Counted from the first letter of the stretch, positions 53,788-63,937 are shown. The stretch: DNA of 64,000 nucleotides from Burkholderiales bacterium Ga0074133 (GCA_001464865.1 LNEG01000183.1:3921-67920), one strand, 5' to 3'. Notes: generated by a model from the sequence alone, not told the origin. Numbers and translations: made by a program.

Positions 53788-56307
53788 ATGAACCTGTCAT
53801 TCTTTCGCCTGGGCTGGCGTACGCTGGCGCGTGACCTGCGCGCCGGGGAGCTTCGCCTGCTGATCGTGGCCGTCACGCTCGCCGTGGCGGCGCTCACCTC
53901 GGTCGGCTTCTTTGCCGACCGCCTGCAGGGTGGCCTGCAGCGCGATGCCCTGCAGTTGCTGGGTGGCGATGCCGTTGTGGCCAGCGACAACGCCACCCCG
54001 CCCTCGATCGTCGAGCGCGCGCGCTCCCTGGGGTTGCAGAGCGTGACCACGCTGGGTTTTCCCACCATGGGCCGCGCCAGCGATGCGCAGGGCGGCGCCA
54101 CCAAGCTGGTGGCCCTGAAAAGCGTGCAGCAAGGCTATCCGCTGCGCGGCACCCTGCGGGTGGCAGATGCCCCGGGCGCGCCCGATCAGCCCACACGCGA
54201 CATCCCCGCGCCCGGGGATGTGTGGGTGGATGCGCCCCTGCTCGAATCGCTGAACCTCTCGATGGGCGACAAGCTGCTGCTGGGTGATGCGCAGCTGCGC
54301 ATCGCTCGGATCATCGTGATCGAGCCAGACCGGGGCGCGGGCTTCATGAGCTTTGCGCCGCGCGTGATGGTCAACGATGCCGACCTGCCTGCCACCGGCC
54401 TGGTACAGCCTGCCAGCCGCCTGACCTACCGTTTTGCCGTCACAGGCCCGGCGGCCGCCGTGAAGGACTTCACCCGATGGGCCGAGGCCGAGGTGCGCAA
54501 GCCCGAGGTGCACGGCGCACGGCTGGAATCGCTGGAGAGTGGCCGCCCCGAAATGCGCCAGACGCTGGACCGCGCACAGAAATTCCTGAGCCTGGTTGCG
54601 CTGCTCGCGGCCCTGCTGTCTGCCGTGGCCGTGGCCCTGGCGGCACGCGGCTTTGCGGCCGAGCACCTGGATGCATCGGCCATGCTGCGCGTGCTGGGCC
54701 AGAGCCAGCGCACCATTGCCGGGGCCTACACCACCGAGTTCGCACTCATAGGCCTTTTTGCGAGCGCGCTGGGCGTGGCACTGGGCTACGTGGTGCACTA
54801 CGCCTTTGTGCTGCTGCTGGCGGGGCTGGTCGAGTCGGCCCTGCCCGCTGCCAGCCTGTGGCCGGTGGCCTTCGGGCTGGGCATGGGGCTCACGCTGCTG
54901 CTGGCCTTTGGCCTGCCGCCGGTACTGCAACTGGCCCAGGTTCCGCCGCTGCGGGTGATCCGCCGCGACGTGGGTGGGCTCAAGCCCGCCTCGATGGCGG
55001 TGCTCGGCGTGGGCGTGGCAGGCTTTGCCGCGCTGCTGCTGGCGGTCAGCAGTGACATCCGGCTGGGGCTGATCGCCGTAGGCGGCTTTGCGGGTGCGGT
55101 CGCGCTGTTTGCAGCGCTGTCGTGGCTGGCCGTGAAACTGCTGCGCAAGAGCGTGAACGAGTCCACCGCGCCGCGCTGGCTGGTGCTGGCCACACGGCAG
55201 ATCTCTGCGCGCCCCGCGTATGCCGTGGTGCAGGTCAGCAGCCTGGCGGTGGGGCTGCTGGCACTGGTGCTGCTGGTGCTGCTGCGCACCGACCTGGTCC
55301 AGAGCTGGCGACAGGCCACGCCGCCAGATGCGCCCAACCGTTTTGTCATCAACGTCATGCCCGACCAGGCCGCGGCGTTCCAGCAGAACATCAAGGATGC
55401 GGGGGTGGAGCGCTACGACTGGTACCCGATGATCCGCGGGCGGCTGGTGGCCATCAACGGGCAGCCCGTGGGCCCCGACAACTACACCGAAGACCGCGCC
55501 AAGCGCCTGGTAGACCGCGAGTTCAACCTCTCCAACGCCGTGGAAGCGCCTCCGCACAACCAGGTCACGGCGGGGCGCTGGACGCCCGGCGAGGAAGGCG
55601 CCATCAGCGTGGAGGACGGCATTGCTGAAACGCTGGGCCTCAAGATGGGCGACAGCCTCCGGTTTGACATGGGCGGCGTTCAGGCCGAGGCGCGCATCAC
55701 CAGCCTGCGCAAGGTGGACTGGGGCTCCATGCGCGCCAACTTCTTCGTGATGTTCCCCGTGGCGCAGGTCAAGGACGTGCCCGTGACCTACCTGGCTGCC
55801 TACCGCGCGCCCGAGGTCACCGGATTCGACAACGCCCTGGTGCGCCAGTTTCCCAACATCACCAACGTGGACATGGGCGCCACCATCGCCCAGGTGCAGC
55901 GCGTGCTGGAGCAGGTGATCCGCGCGGTGGAGTTCCTCTTTGCCTTCACCCTGGCGGCCGGCCTGGTGGTGCTGTTTGCCGCCGTGACGGCCACGCGCGA
56001 AGAGCGTGCGCGCGAATACGCCATCATGCGCGCCGTGGGCGCGCGCGCCAGCCTCTTGCGCCAGGTGCAGCGGGCCGAATTGCTGGGCGTGGGCCTGCTG
56101 GCGGGTTTCCTGTCCAGTGCGGTGGCCGTGGGCGTGGGCTGGGCCCTGGCACGCTATGTGTTTGACTTTGCCTGGACCGCATCGCCCTGGGTTCCACTGG
56201 CCGGGGCGGTGGGCGGCGCGCTGCTGGCGCTGGCTGCGGGCTGGTGGGGCCTGCGCGAAGTGCTGCAGCGCCCGGTGGTGGACACCTTGCGCCGCGCTGC
56301 CGAGTAG
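53788..56307 (+). CDS. FtsX-like ABC permease (YbbP family)
   Basis: LARDLRAGELR, YPLRG, PNRFVINV, VDWGSM, two FtsX-type TM blocks. Confidence 0.9.
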   Translation: MNLSFFRLGWRTLARDLRAGELRLLIVAVTLAVAALTSVGFFADRLQGGLQRDALQLLGGDAVVASDNATPPSIVERARSLGLQSVTTLGFPTMGRASDAQGGATKLVALKSVQQGYPLRGTLRVADAPGAPDQPTRDIPAPGDVWVDAPLLESLNLSMGDKLLLGDAQLRIARIIVIEPDRGAGFMSFAPRVMVNDADLPATGLVQPASRLTYRFAVTGPAAAVKDFTRWAEAEVRKPEVHGARLESLESGRPEMRQTLDRAQKFLSLVALLAALLSAVAVALAARGFAAEHLDASAMLRVLGQSQRTIAGAYTTEFALIGLFASALGVALGYVVHYAFVLLLAGLVESALPAASLWPVAFGLGMGLTLLLAFGLPPVLQLAQVPPLRVIRRDVGGLKPASMAVLGVGVAGFAALLLAVSSDIRLGLIAVGGFAGAVALFAALSWLAVKLLRKSVNESTAPRWLVLATRQISARPAYAVVQVSSLAVGLLALVLLVLLRTDLVQSWRQATPPDAPNRFVINVMPDQAAAFQQNIKDAGVERYDWYPMIRGRLVAINGQPVGPDNYTEDRAKRLVDREFNLSNAVEAPPHNQVTAGRWTPGEEGAISVEDGIAETLGLKMGDSLRFDMGGVQAEARITSLRKVDWGSMRANFFVMFPVAQVKDVPVTYLAAYRAPEVTGFDNALVRQFPNITNVDMGATIAQVQRVLEQVIRAVEFLFAFTLAAGLVVLFAAVTATREERAREYAIMRAVGARASLLRQVQRAELLGVGLLAGFLSSAVAVGVGWALARYVFDFAWTASPWVPLAGAVGGALLALAAGWWGLREVLQRPVVDTLRRAAE

Positions 56308-56457
56308 CCTGTCGTGCCGATGGGCATGGCGCGCGCCAGGGCGTAGCGGCTGACGCCTGGGCGTCTGTCCGCGCACTGCCCTCGCACGCATGATGTCCCC
56401 TTGTGTCCGGGGACTGTCGCCCGCATCTCCCGGACTGGCCTGCATTCCATATTTGCC

Positions 56458-56892
56458 ATGACTTCAGAACCTACCGACACAGGCGCCGCCGCTGGCGACG
56501 GATCCGTTTCCCCTGCCAACCCGTTCGAGTGGATGGGTGGCGAAAGCCGCGTGCGGGCCCTGACCGAGCGCTTCTACGACCTGATGGACCTGGAGCCCGC
56601 CTACAGCGAACTGCGCGCGGCCCACGGGTCAGAGCTGGCCCAGGCCCGTCAAAAGCTGTTCATGTTCCTGTGCGGATGGCTGGGCGGGCCTTCCTACTAC
56701 ACCGACCAGTTCGGCCACCCGCGGCTGCGGGCGCGACACATGCCGTTTGCCATCGGCATCAAGGAGCGTGACCAGTGGGTGGCCTGCATGGACCAGGCCA
56801 TGTCCGAGACCGGTGTGCCCGCCGACTTGCGCACGCGGCTGCGCGAAAGCTTCATGGGTACCGCGGACTGGATGCGCAACAAGGGCGTCTGA
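56458..56892 (+). CDS. Group II truncated haemoglobin
   Basis: FYDLM, LFMFLCGWLGGP..Y, GHPRLRARHMPFAIG, WVACM. Confidence 0.93.
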   Translation: MTSEPTDTGAAAGDGSVSPANPFEWMGGESRVRALTERFYDLMDLEPAYSELRAAHGSELAQARQKLFMFLCGWLGGPSYYTDQFGHPRLRARHMPFAIGIKERDQWVACMDQAMSETGVPADLRTRLRESFMGTADWMRNKGV

Positions 56893-56920
56893 CCGCTCGT
56901 CCATCAATCAAGCGCTGATT

Positions 56921-56984
56921 GCTATCGAATAAATAGCAATCAGGGCAATCAACGCCTTGGCTACACGCCGAAAAGGCTTGAAAA
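56921..56984 (+). repeat. Dispersed repeat copy J
   Basis: GCTATCGAATAAATAGC AATCAGGGC AATCAACGCC TTGGCTACACGCC GAAAAGGCTTGAAAA. Confidence 0.8.
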
Positions 56985-57381
56985 GACCTGTGCACAGCCT
57001 TTTTCAGTCTTTCGTCCAGGCTTGGGACGCACGTTTTGTCACCGCTGTTTCGAGCCGCGAGGCTGGCCTGGGCCCGGGAGCCCAGCGCAACAGCCCCGGG
57101 GCATGCGGACAGCCCCTGCAAAGCCCCAGCACAGGCCCTTGAGTGGCACTGCGCGGCCATCGCACGCCAACGCTTCGCCCGCTGCAACTGGAAACACTTT
57201 GCAAGGTTTCCGCCTTCCGGATGCCCAATAATTCCCTTTTGGCGTGAGGGATTTGCGCAGGCGGTCAACCCCGCAGCGGCGGCCCCGTTAGACAGGGGCA
57301 GCCTGGCATCGGCAACACCGCCGGGCGCGCCGCTGGCGCATCCCGCACAACGCGGCTATGTCAAACAACAAGGGAATTTTC

Positions 57382-58440
57382 ATGACGTCTCACTCAATGT
57401 GGCTTCGCTGGTGGGCGGCCCTGCTTCTGGTGCTGGGTCTGGTGGCACCGGCCATGGCCCAGCGTGGTGGCGACGATGGCGCTTATCAGATCCTGAGTGC
57501 GCGCTACGGCACGCGCGAGGGCAACGTGGATGTGACCGACCGGCTGCGTGACCTGGCCCGGCGCGACGTGGGCATCCGCGTGAGCAACGACACCTTTGGC
57601 GTGGACCCCCACCGCAACCACTCCAAGATGCTGCGCATCCATGCGCGCGACCCGCGGGGCCGTACGCGTACCTTTGAATACCCGGAAGGCAGCTATGTGG
57701 ACGGCAACCAGTTCACCGCCTGGTCCAGCGGCAGCTGGGGGCAGGGCGGTGGCAACGGCAGCTGGAACGGCCATTCCGGCAACGGCCGGCCCGACGACGG
57801 GCGCGATGACGGCGAGTTCCGCATACTGCAGGCCGTGTACGGCACGCCCGATCACCATGTGGATGTGACGCGCCGACTGCGTGACCTGGCCCGCAGCGAC
57901 CGAGCCATCGAGCTGACCAACAACACCTTTGGCGTGGACCCGCACCGCGGCCAGCGCAAGACACTGCGCATCTACGTGCGTGCCCGCGACGGCCAGACCC
58001 GCCTGTTCGAGTACCCCGAGGGCAGCACCATTGACGGTGCGCGTTTCACCGGCTGGGGCGGCGGCAGCTGGGGCAACGAAGGCTGGAACGGCGGATGGGA
58101 CGGTAACGGGGGCGGCAACCAGGGCAGCTTTGGTGGCAGCGGCGGCTCGTATCCCCAGCCGGGCTTCGGCGGCAGCGGCGGGTCGTATCCGCAGCCGGGC
58201 TTTGGCGGCGGGCTGGAAATCGTGAATGCCGTCTATGGCGCCGGGAACCGCGCCGTGGACATGACCGACCGGCTGCGCGCCCAGGTGCAAGGCGACCGGC
58301 TGTCGGTGCGCGTGGAAAACGACCTGGCTGGCTACGACCCGGCCCCCGGCACGCCCAAGATGCTGTGGGTGACCTACCGCGTCAACGGCCGCGAGTACCG
58401 CGTGAACGTGCGCGAATCCGATTACCTGCGACTGCCCTGA
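57382..58440 (+). CDS. Secreted protein with three DUF3395-like domains and Gly-rich linkers
   Basis: Signal peptide ending AMA; three repeats of I..A.YG....VD.T..L...DP.....K.L....; 36-bp tandem repeat at 58132-58203. Confidence 0.8.
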   Translation: MTSHSMWLRWWAALLLVLGLVAPAMAQRGGDDGAYQILSARYGTREGNVDVTDRLRDLARRDVGIRVSNDTFGVDPHRNHSKMLRIHARDPRGRTRTFEYPEGSYVDGNQFTAWSSGSWGQGGGNGSWNGHSGNGRPDDGRDDGEFRILQAVYGTPDHHVDVTRRLRDLARSDRAIELTNNTFGVDPHRGQRKTLRIYVRARDGQTRLFEYPEGSTIDGARFTGWGGGSWGNEGWNGGWDGNGGGNQGSFGGSGGSYPQPGFGGSGGSYPQPGFGGGLEIVNAVYGAGNRAVDMTDRLRAQVQGDRLSVRVENDLAGYDPAPGTPKMLWVTYRVNGREYRVNVRESDYLRLP

Positions 58441-58477
58441 CGACTGCCGCCCTTTCGGAGTGGCTTGTGCGGTCACG

Positions 58478-58518
58478 AAGCCGCCAGCGTCCTGCGCCAG
58501 GGCGCTGGCGGCTTTTTT
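58478..58518 (+). terminator. Intrinsic terminator
   Basis: AAGCCGCCAGCG/CGCTGGCGGCTT stem plus T run. Confidence 0.8.
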
Positions 58519-58674
58519 GCGACCGCGGGCGTGGTGAACCCGCGCAAGGCATCCGGGCGCCGGCAGATGGCAGGTGACCGGCCGCAGACGGCAGTCCGCG
58601 AGGTGAAGAGGGCCGGTGCGAGACCTGAAGCCATGGCCGTGCCCTGCCGCGCGCGCCTGGTTCAGCACTTTTTT

Positions 58675-58735
58675 GCTATCGATAAAATAGCACCCAAGGC
58701 ATTTGAATAAAAGGCTACAGCCGGATTCCGCCTGG
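58675..58735 (+). repeat. Dispersed repeat copy K
   Basis: GCTATCGATAAAATAGC ACCCAAGGC ATTTGAATAA AAGGCTACAGCC. Confidence 0.78.
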
Positions 58736-58737
58736 TT

Positions 58738-59412
58738 TTACCGGTTCCTGCGCATCACCGGCTGCAGCAGCACCACCAAAGCCCCTGCGCCCCCATCGGC
58801 GGGGCGGGCCTGCACAAAGGCCAGCACTTCCTTCTTTTGCACCAGCCAGCGCTGCACGCGCCCCTTGAGCACCGGCGTCTTGCCCGGCGAGCCCAGTCCC
58901 TTGCCATGCACCACCCGCACACAGCGCAGGCCGGTGCGGTGGGCCAGGCGGATGAAGTGGCCGAGTGCCTCGCGGGCCTCGTCCGTGCGCAGGCCGTGCA
59001 GATCCAGCTGGCGCTGGATGCTCCAGTGCCCGGCCCGCAGCTTGTGCGTCACGTCGCGGCCGATGCCCGGGCGGCGAAAGCTCAGCTGGTCGTCGGTGTC
59101 CAGCAGCGTGGACACATCAAACTCGTCGCTGATGGCCTCCACCAGCACGCGCTGCTCGTCCAGTTCACGCTGCACGGGCAGCGGCTCGGGTGGCTCGGGC
59201 GTGTGCCAGCGGCGGTCATGCTGGCCACTCAGGGGCTGCACGGGCCCCACGGCCAGCTGGAACATGTTCTTCTCGGCCCGGGCGCGGCGTTCCGCCTCGG
59301 CACGCTCCTGGCGCAGCCGGGCCTCGCGCGCGGCACGCTCAGCCAGCGCTTCGCGCAGCGGCTTCAGATCCTGCAGCGATCGGGCTTTGAGCGGGCTCGT
59401 GATGATCATCAT
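58738..59412 (-). CDS. Smr/MutS2 C-terminal domain protein
   Basis: LDLHGL, VVHGKGLGS, VLKGRVQRWL, GGAGALVVLL. Confidence 0.93.
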   Translation of the reverse strand: MMIITSPLKARSLQDLKPLREALAERAAREARLRQERAEAERRARAEKNMFQLAVGPVQPLSGQHDRRWHTPEPPEPLPVQRELDEQRVLVEAISDEFDVSTLLDTDDQLSFRRPGIGRDVTHKLRAGHWSIQRQLDLHGLRTDEAREALGHFIRLAHRTGLRCVRVVHGKGLGSPGKTPVLKGRVQRWLVQKKEVLAFVQARPADGGAGALVVLLQPVMRRNR

Positions 59413-59462
59413 GAAGCCGTCGGTTGTACCCGAATACCGCGCACTGCCGTGTCTGCCGGCAC

Positions 59463-60680
59463 TTAACGCTCTGGCGGCGTGGGGATGTACTCGGCCGCGA
59501 TGAACTGCGTGGACTGCGCCGGGTTGAAGTTGTCGTCGCTCACCAACACCAGGCTGCGGCCGCCCCCCGGCAGCGGCGGGCCCCAAGTCATGCCCTCCAG
59601 GTTGTCCACCGGTGCAATGCCCAGCGCGGCAAAGTCAGCCACGAGCGTCTTGGGCACCGGCACATGGTTGCCCGGCACCAGCTGCGCGCGCGCCAGGGTG
59701 TTGGTGCCTGCGCGCGTGTCGATGCGGTACAGCCGCACTGCAAAACCCGCGCCTGCGCTGTAGCTGCGCTCCAGCACCAGCAGGTGGTGCTTGCCATCGG
59801 CCAGCACCTCGCTGATGCCCACGGTCTCGGGGCCGACGGGCAGTGGCCGAGGGTGCTGCACCGCGTCGGGCTGGTAGGCGATCTGGCGCAGGGGGCGGCC
59901 GCTGGCGAGGTCCACCAGGGTCAGGCGGACCGGGCCGCCCGGTGCCGCGTGGGTGGGCAGCGGGCCGTCCTGCACCCAGGGCAGTTCCATGGCCAGCCAG
60001 GCCTTGCGCACCCCGGGCAGCAGGGCCAGGCCCTCCAGCGTGCCGTTGTTGCGCGGGCCGCTGCGCCGGTCGGCCGCGGGCTCGAAGCTGGCGGGCAGCG
60101 GGATGTCGCGCACGGCCGCGCCGTCGGCGGCGCTCACGCGCAGCCTGGGGCCGAAGCCGCGTGCAAAGTCGCCTTCGCTGGTCCACACGAACTGCTTCGC
60201 ACCGGGCAGCCAGCGCACGGCTTCGGCATCCGGGACGTCGATGTGACCGGCGGCGCGGCGCGAGGGCGCGTACGGCACGCCCGCGGCATGCAGCAGGGTG
60301 CGCACCTGGAGCCACTGCGGCGGCTGCAGGGCCTGCGCGTCCAGCGCGATGCGGGCGGTGTACACCCGGGCCGGTGCGCGCGACGAGCGGTCGTCGCTGA
60401 TCAGCAGGTACTGGTCGCTGGCGGCGTCGTAGTCAATGCCCGAGAGCCCGCCCAGCGGGGTGCCCAGCACCTCGATGCCGCTGGGCACGTCCACGGTGCC
60501 GATGATGCGCAGCGCGGGGCCTTTGGCGGGGCCGTGCGCCGGGCCGTCAGCAGCAGCGATGGCCGTCGGCGCACCTGCGGTGGTCACCACGGGCTGCGAG
60601 CGGATTCCGCAGCCGGCGGCCATCATCACGGCCAGCACGGTGCCCAGCGCCATCCGGGCCGTCATCCAGGCGGGTTTCAC
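59463..60680 (-). CDS. Esterase-like activity of phytase family lipoprotein
   Basis: Lipobox AAGC; [49 protein letters not shown]. Confidence 0.88.
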   Translation of the reverse strand: MKPAWMTARMALGTVLAVMMAAGCGIRSQPVVTTAGAPTAIAAADGPAHGPAKGPALRIIGTVDVPSGIEVLGTPLGGLSGIDYDAASDQYLLISDDRSSRAPARVYTARIALDAQALQPPQWLQVRTLLHAAGVPYAPSRRAAGHIDVPDAEAVRWLPGAKQFVWTSEGDFARGFGPRLRVSAADGAAVRDIPLPASFEPAADRRSGPRNNGTLEGLALLPGVRKAWLAMELPWVQDGPLPTHAAPGGPVRLTLVDLASGRPLRQIAYQPDAVQHPRPLPVGPETVGISEVLADGKHHLLVLERSYSAGAGFAVRLYRIDTRAGTNTLARAQLVPGNHVPVPKTLVADFAALGIAPVDNLEGMTWGPPLPGGGRSLVLVSDDNFNPAQSTQFIAAEYIPTPPER

Positions 60681-61390
60681 AGCAGTCCCTTTTCCGCCAT
60701 CGACAGCGCCTGGCCTGGCGCCACGATGACGTGATCGAGCACGCGCACGTCGACCAGCGCCAGCGTGGTCTTCAGCGTCTGGGTCAGTGCTTCGTCGGCC
60801 CGGCTGGGCTGCACGCTGCCGCTGGGGTGGTTGTGCGCCAGGATGACGGCGGCGGCCTGGTGGTGCAGCGCACGCAGCACCACCTCGCGCGGGTACACGC
60901 TGGTCTGGGTGAGGGTGCCGCGAAAGAGTTCTTCCATCGCGACCAGCCGGTTCTGGCTGTCCAGGAAGAGCACGGCAAACACCTCGTGCCCCTTGGCCGC
61001 CAGGTGCAGCTGCAGGTAGTGCTTGACGGTGTCGGCCGAGTCAAAGACCTCGCGCTCGCGCAGCTGCTGGGACAGGGCGCGGCGGGCCAGCTCGAGCACG
61101 GCCACCAGTTCGGCGCGCTTGGCGGGGCCCAGGCCCTTGATGCGTGCCAGGTCGGCGGTGGTCGCGTGCAGCAGACCGGCAATGCCGCCAAAGCCCCCAC
61201 CAGGCTTGCCGGTGGCCGGGTCTGTGGCGGGTGGGTCGAGCAGTTCCTGGGCCATCTGCAGCACGCCCTTGCCCACGATGCCGGTGCGCAGCAGGATGGC
61301 CAGCAGCTCGGCATCGGCCAGTGCGCCGGGGCCGCGCGCCAGCAGTTTCTCGCGCGGCTGGGCGTCCGCGGGCAGGTCTTTGAGGGCCAT
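60677..61390 (-). CDS. radC: RadC/JAB (UPF0758) protein
   Basis: [15 protein letters not shown], HhH (IKGLGPAK), YPREV, AHNHPSG..PSRAD, LDHVIV. Confidence 0.95.
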   Translation of the reverse strand: MALKDLPADAQPREKLLARGPGALADAELLAILLRTGIVGKGVLQMAQELLDPPATDPATGKPGGGFGGIAGLLHATTADLARIKGLGPAKRAELVAVLELARRALSQQLREREVFDSADTVKHYLQLHLAAKGHEVFAVLFLDSQNRLVAMEELFRGTLTQTSVYPREVVLRALHHQAAAVILAHNHPSGSVQPSRADEALTQTLKTTLALVDVRVLDHVIVAPGQALSMAEKGLL

Positions 61391-61489
61391 GGATGGGGTG
61401 GATGCGTAAGGCGCGGGCCGCGCCTGGCTGCGCTGTCGGGAGGGCTTTGCCCGGTTTTCTACAATGCAGGCCAGTTTATCGGTACTTTC

Positions 61490-61954
61490 ATGACCTCCAT
61501 CGCACCCACGCTCCCCACCGTTCAGCCCGGTTCCTTCCTCACCTTGCACTACCGCCTGGCCGGTCCGTCGGGGGACGTGATCAACACCTTTACCGACAAG
61601 CCCGCCACCCTGTCGCTGGGCACCGGCGAGCTCTCGCCCGCGGTAGAGCAGCGCCTGCTGGGCCTGGCCGAAGGCACGCGCGCCACGTTCGAGCTGCCCG
61701 CCGGCGAGGCCTTTGGCGAGCGCAATGCCGACATGCAGCAGTGGGTGGCGAGGAAGCTGCTCAACCAGCTGGGCGATCCGGATGAAAAGTACAGCGTGGG
61801 CGATGTGGTGCAGTTCCCCACACCCGACGGCCTGGGTAGCTACGCCGGAGCCGTGCAGCAGGTGCGGGACGATGGCGCGGTGCTGTTTGACTTCAATCAC
61901 CCGCTGGCAGGCCAGCCGGTCACGTTCGAAGTGCAAGTGATCGGCATCCTGTGA
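61490..61954 (+). CDS. fkpB: FKBP-type peptidyl-prolyl isomerase (SlpA/FkpB)
   Basis: [26 protein letters not shown]; stop overlaps the ispH start. Confidence 0.9.
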   Translation: MTSIAPTLPTVQPGSFLTLHYRLAGPSGDVINTFTDKPATLSLGTGELSPAVEQRLLGLAEGTRATFELPAGEAFGERNADMQQWVARKLLNQLGDPDEKYSVGDVVQFPTPDGLGSYAGAVQQVRDDGAVLFDFNHPLAGQPVTFEVQVIGIL

Positions 61955-62949
61955 TGAACGCCCCGCAGGAAATCCTTCTGGCCGAGCCCCGCGGCTTCTG
62001 TGCTGGCGTCGACCGCGCCATTGAAATCGTTGAGCGCGCGCTGCAAAAGTTTGGTGCGCCCATCTACGTGCGCCACGAAATCGTGCACAACACCTACGTG
62101 GTCAACGACCTCAAGGCCAAGGGCGCGATCTTCATCGAGGAGCTGGCCGATGTGCCGCCGGGCGCCACGCTGGTCTTCAGCGCCCACGGTGTGAGCCGCG
62201 CCGTGCAGGAAGAGGCCGTGGCCCGGGGCTTCAGCATTTTTGACGCCACTTGCCCGCTGGTGACCAAGGTGCACGTCGAGGTGGCCAAGCTCGCCAAAGA
62301 GGGCTACGAATTCATCATGATCGGCCACAAGGGCCACCCCGAGGTCGAGGGCACCATGGGCCAGCTCGACCACGGCATCCACCTGGTGGAAGACGTGGCC
62401 GATGTCGCGCGCGTGCAGCCGGTGCAGACCGAGAAGCTGGCGGTGGTCACGCAGACGACCCTGAGCGTGGACGATGCCGCCGAGATATCGGCCGCCGTGC
62501 GCGCCCGTTTCCCGCAGGTGCGCGAGCCCAAGCAGCAGGACATCTGCTACGCCACCCAGAACCGGCAGGATGCCGTCAAGGTGCTGAGCCCGCAGGTGGA
62601 CGTGGTGATCGTGGTGGGCAGCCCCACCAGCTCCAACAGCAACCGCCTGCGCGAGCTGGCCGCGCGCCTGGGCACGAAGGCCTACATGGTCGACAGCGCC
62701 GAAGAGCTGCGCACAGAGTGGTTTGACGGCGCCGCGCGCGTGGGCCTGACGGCCGGCGCATCGGCCCCCGAAATCCTGGTGCAGCAAGTCATCGAGCGCA
62801 TCAAGGCACTGGGGGCGGTGTCGGTGCGCACCATGGCGGGCATCGAGGAAACCATCAAGTTCCCGCTGCCCAAGGGCCTGAAGATCGACGCCGCCACGGG
62901 GCTGGAGATCAGCCAGCGCATGCCCGAGACGGGGCCTGGGGCGCACTGA
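61954..62949 (+). CDS. ispH: 4-hydroxy-3-methylbut-2-enyl diphosphate reductase
   Basis: [52 protein letters not shown]. Confidence 0.97.
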   Translation: MNAPQEILLAEPRGFCAGVDRAIEIVERALQKFGAPIYVRHEIVHNTYVVNDLKAKGAIFIEELADVPPGATLVFSAHGVSRAVQEEAVARGFSIFDATCPLVTKVHVEVAKLAKEGYEFIMIGHKGHPEVEGTMGQLDHGIHLVEDVADVARVQPVQTEKLAVVTQTTLSVDDAAEISAAVRARFPQVREPKQQDICYATQNRQDAVKVLSPQVDVVIVVGSPTSSNSNRLRELAARLGTKAYMVDSAEELRTEWFDGAARVGLTAGASAPEILVQQVIERIKALGAVSVRTMAGIEETIKFPLPKGLKIDAATGLEISQRMPETGPGAH

Positions 62950-63134
62950 CCCACATCTGCACCCACCCCCCCACACTGCGCCAGACCGCGCCAAAAACCG
63001 TTCGGACTGAGCCTGTCGCAGCGCCGCGCGGCGGGTCGGCATCGTCCCGCGTGCACGGTTGTTGATGGTCTGCGCGGTGGGGTGGCGTCAGTGCCGGCGG
63101 CGCACAGCCTTGGTTGGGCTGTGCGGCGTTGGTT

Positions 63135-63195
63135 GCTATTAAATAAATAGCAATAGGTGCAAATAAATAAAGGACTTGTGGCCGATCTGGCATGT
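63135..63195 (+). repeat. Dispersed repeat copy L
   Basis: GCTATTAAATAAATAGC AATAGGTGC AAATAAATAA AGGACTTGTGGCC GATCTGGCATG. Confidence 0.82.
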
Positions 63196-63223
63196 ATTTG
63201 TGCCTTGTGGTCCTCTGCGGCGG

Positions 63224-63937
63224 CTACAGCGCCGTCGCCGGTCCGCTCCACAGGTCCAGTGGCGGGTCGGCCGCCACCGCCCGAAGAATGTCGGTGCGCG
63301 AGATGAATCCCGCCAGCACGCCTGCCTCATCCGTCACCGGAAGACCCGGCAGCCCGGTGTCGAGCAGCACCGCCGCCACGCGCCGCAGGGCGGTGTCTGC
63401 GGCCACGGTGGGCACGGGGCTGAGCATCACCTCCGACACGGGGCGGCGGGCCAGCTCGATGGCCTGCTTGATCGCGCCGGGCTCGGGCAAGAGGTCCAGC
63501 GGCGCCATGTCGGCCCGCAGCAGCAGGCCGATGACGCGGCCCAGTGCATCCACCACCGGGGCCTGCGCCACCTGGTTCTCGGCCAGCGTCTGCCAGGCAT
63601 CGTTCACGCGGGTGTCGGGCGGCACGCTCAGGCCGCCCACGGTCATCACGTCGCTCACGCGGGTGAGCGGCTGGCGGGCGGGTTGCGGGCCATGCTCCGT
63701 CTGGGCATAGGCATTGACGGCATCCTGCATCCGCAGGTTGACGGAAGGGCGCACAGGGGCGTGCGCACTGGCTGGGGACAGCGCACCCGATGAACCGGAA
63801 AAGGGCGGGTCTTCGCGCTCCTGCGCCCGGGTGCGCAGGGCCTGCGGGCGCTGCACGCTGCGCACGGCGGAGATGCGCGACAGGTTTTCGGGCCCCCCGC
63901 GGAACATCTGGCCCGAAGGGCCGAACACAAAGAACAT
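63224..63937 (-). CDS. CBS-domain protein
   Basis: Two CBS motifs (VSDVMT...QAPVVDALGRVIGLL; VSEVML...GLPVTDEAGVLAGFISRTDIL). Confidence 0.88.
   Translation of the reverse strand: MFFVFGPSGQMFRGGPENLSRISAVRSVQRPQALRTRAQEREDPPFSGSSGALSPASAHAPVRPSVNLRMQDAVNAYAQTEHGPQPARQPLTRVSDVMTVGGLSVPPDTRVNDAWQTLAENQVAQAPVVDALGRVIGLLLRADMAPLDLLPEPGAIKQAIELARRPVSEVMLSPVPTVAADTALRRVAAVLLDTGLPGLPVTDEAGVLAGFISRTDILRAVAADPPLDLWSGPATAL

Noticed and set aside
35744-56445. Very long antisense ORFs (35744-37513, 38638-40566, 41774-44536, 44963-47359, 53797-56445; also 28464-30194 and others)
   Set aside because: Shadow frames of well-supported genes, expected from GC-rich codon bias; no recognisable motifs.
56990-57080. 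c-di-GMP-I riboswitch (GGGACGCA seen at about 57024)
   Set aside because: Lacks the GGCAAACC / GAAA tetraloop and the following AAGC...CTA elements.
60677-61390. radC as a sign of a mobile element or defence island
   Set aside because: Full-length chromosomal form with the N-terminal HhH region, divergent from fkpB-ispH; no mobility genes nearby.
528-63195. CRISPR interpretation of the dispersed repeats
   Set aside because: Copies are kilobases apart and divergent, with no spacer array and no cas genes.
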